From NCBI GenBank assembly GCA_964270895.1, contig OZ185437.1: a stretch of 64,000 nucleotides of DNA. One strand, 5' to 3'. Each line of letters starts with the position of its first letter. The first letter of the stretch is position 1. The notes under the pieces are model-generated. The model saw only the letters and a list, made by a program, of their open reading frames with translations. It was not told the DNA's origin and ran no database searches. Source of the stretch: Podarcis filfolensis. Its lineage: Eukaryota. Of the stretch, positions 63,774-64,000 are shown one piece after another. The translations under genes were made by a program, and so were the position numbers.

Positions 63774-63966
63774 TACAGTGGTACTTCATGTTACATAACC
63801 TCCAGGTTACGGAATCTTCGGGTTATGGCCGCACCGCTCGTGCATGCACAGAAGCGCTCTGCGTGCCGCATGTGTGCGCAGAAGCGCTCTATCATGCTGC
63901 ATGGATTTTTTGGTGTGTGCATGGCACCCTGAAACGAATTAAATCCTAACCAGAGGTACCACTGTA
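63774..63966. mobile_element. Tigger-like MITE (TA TSD)
   Basis: TA-cagtggtacttc ... gaggtaccactg-TA. Confidence 0.85.
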
Positions 63967-64000
63967 TTTGTGCTAAGCAGGCAACTGGTAAGAGCCTAGA

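Noticed and set aside
1-64000. Perfect estrogen response elements (GGTCAnnnTGACC)
   Set aside because: Only half-sites noticed by eye, mostly inside repeats; the scan was not exhaustive.

Overview
Vertebrate genomic DNA, most likely a lacertid lizard (inferred from Sauria/Squam1 SINEs, a Squam3-like SINE, BovB, L2 and Penelope repeats). Two genes end tail-to-tail. On +: the last two coding exons of estrogen receptor alpha (ESR1; 1102-1285, 5407-5641) and a ~5.9 kb 3'UTR with AATAAA at 11495. On -: eight readable 3' coding exons of nesprin-1 (SYNE1; 63466 down to the KASH exon 38504-38753). One small frame-restoring SYNE1 exon is not visible and probably lies in the 131-N gap (46834-46964). 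The ~26 kb intergenic region and the introns are full of transposons. Highlights: (1) an intact full-length 6.1 kb L1 with two open ORFs, a pure poly(A) tail and a 16-bp TSD; (2) a related 2.16 kb L1 derivative with a 20-bp TSD that lacks almost all of ORF2 and part of the ORF1 RRM; (3) a Penelope-derived ~77-bp-stem inverted repeat with hammerhead ribozyme remnants inside the ESR1 3'UTR; (4) a 5'-inverted BovB insertion with a 12-bp TSD that fits twin priming. Comparisons to human sequences and repeat consensi are from memory, not from searches.
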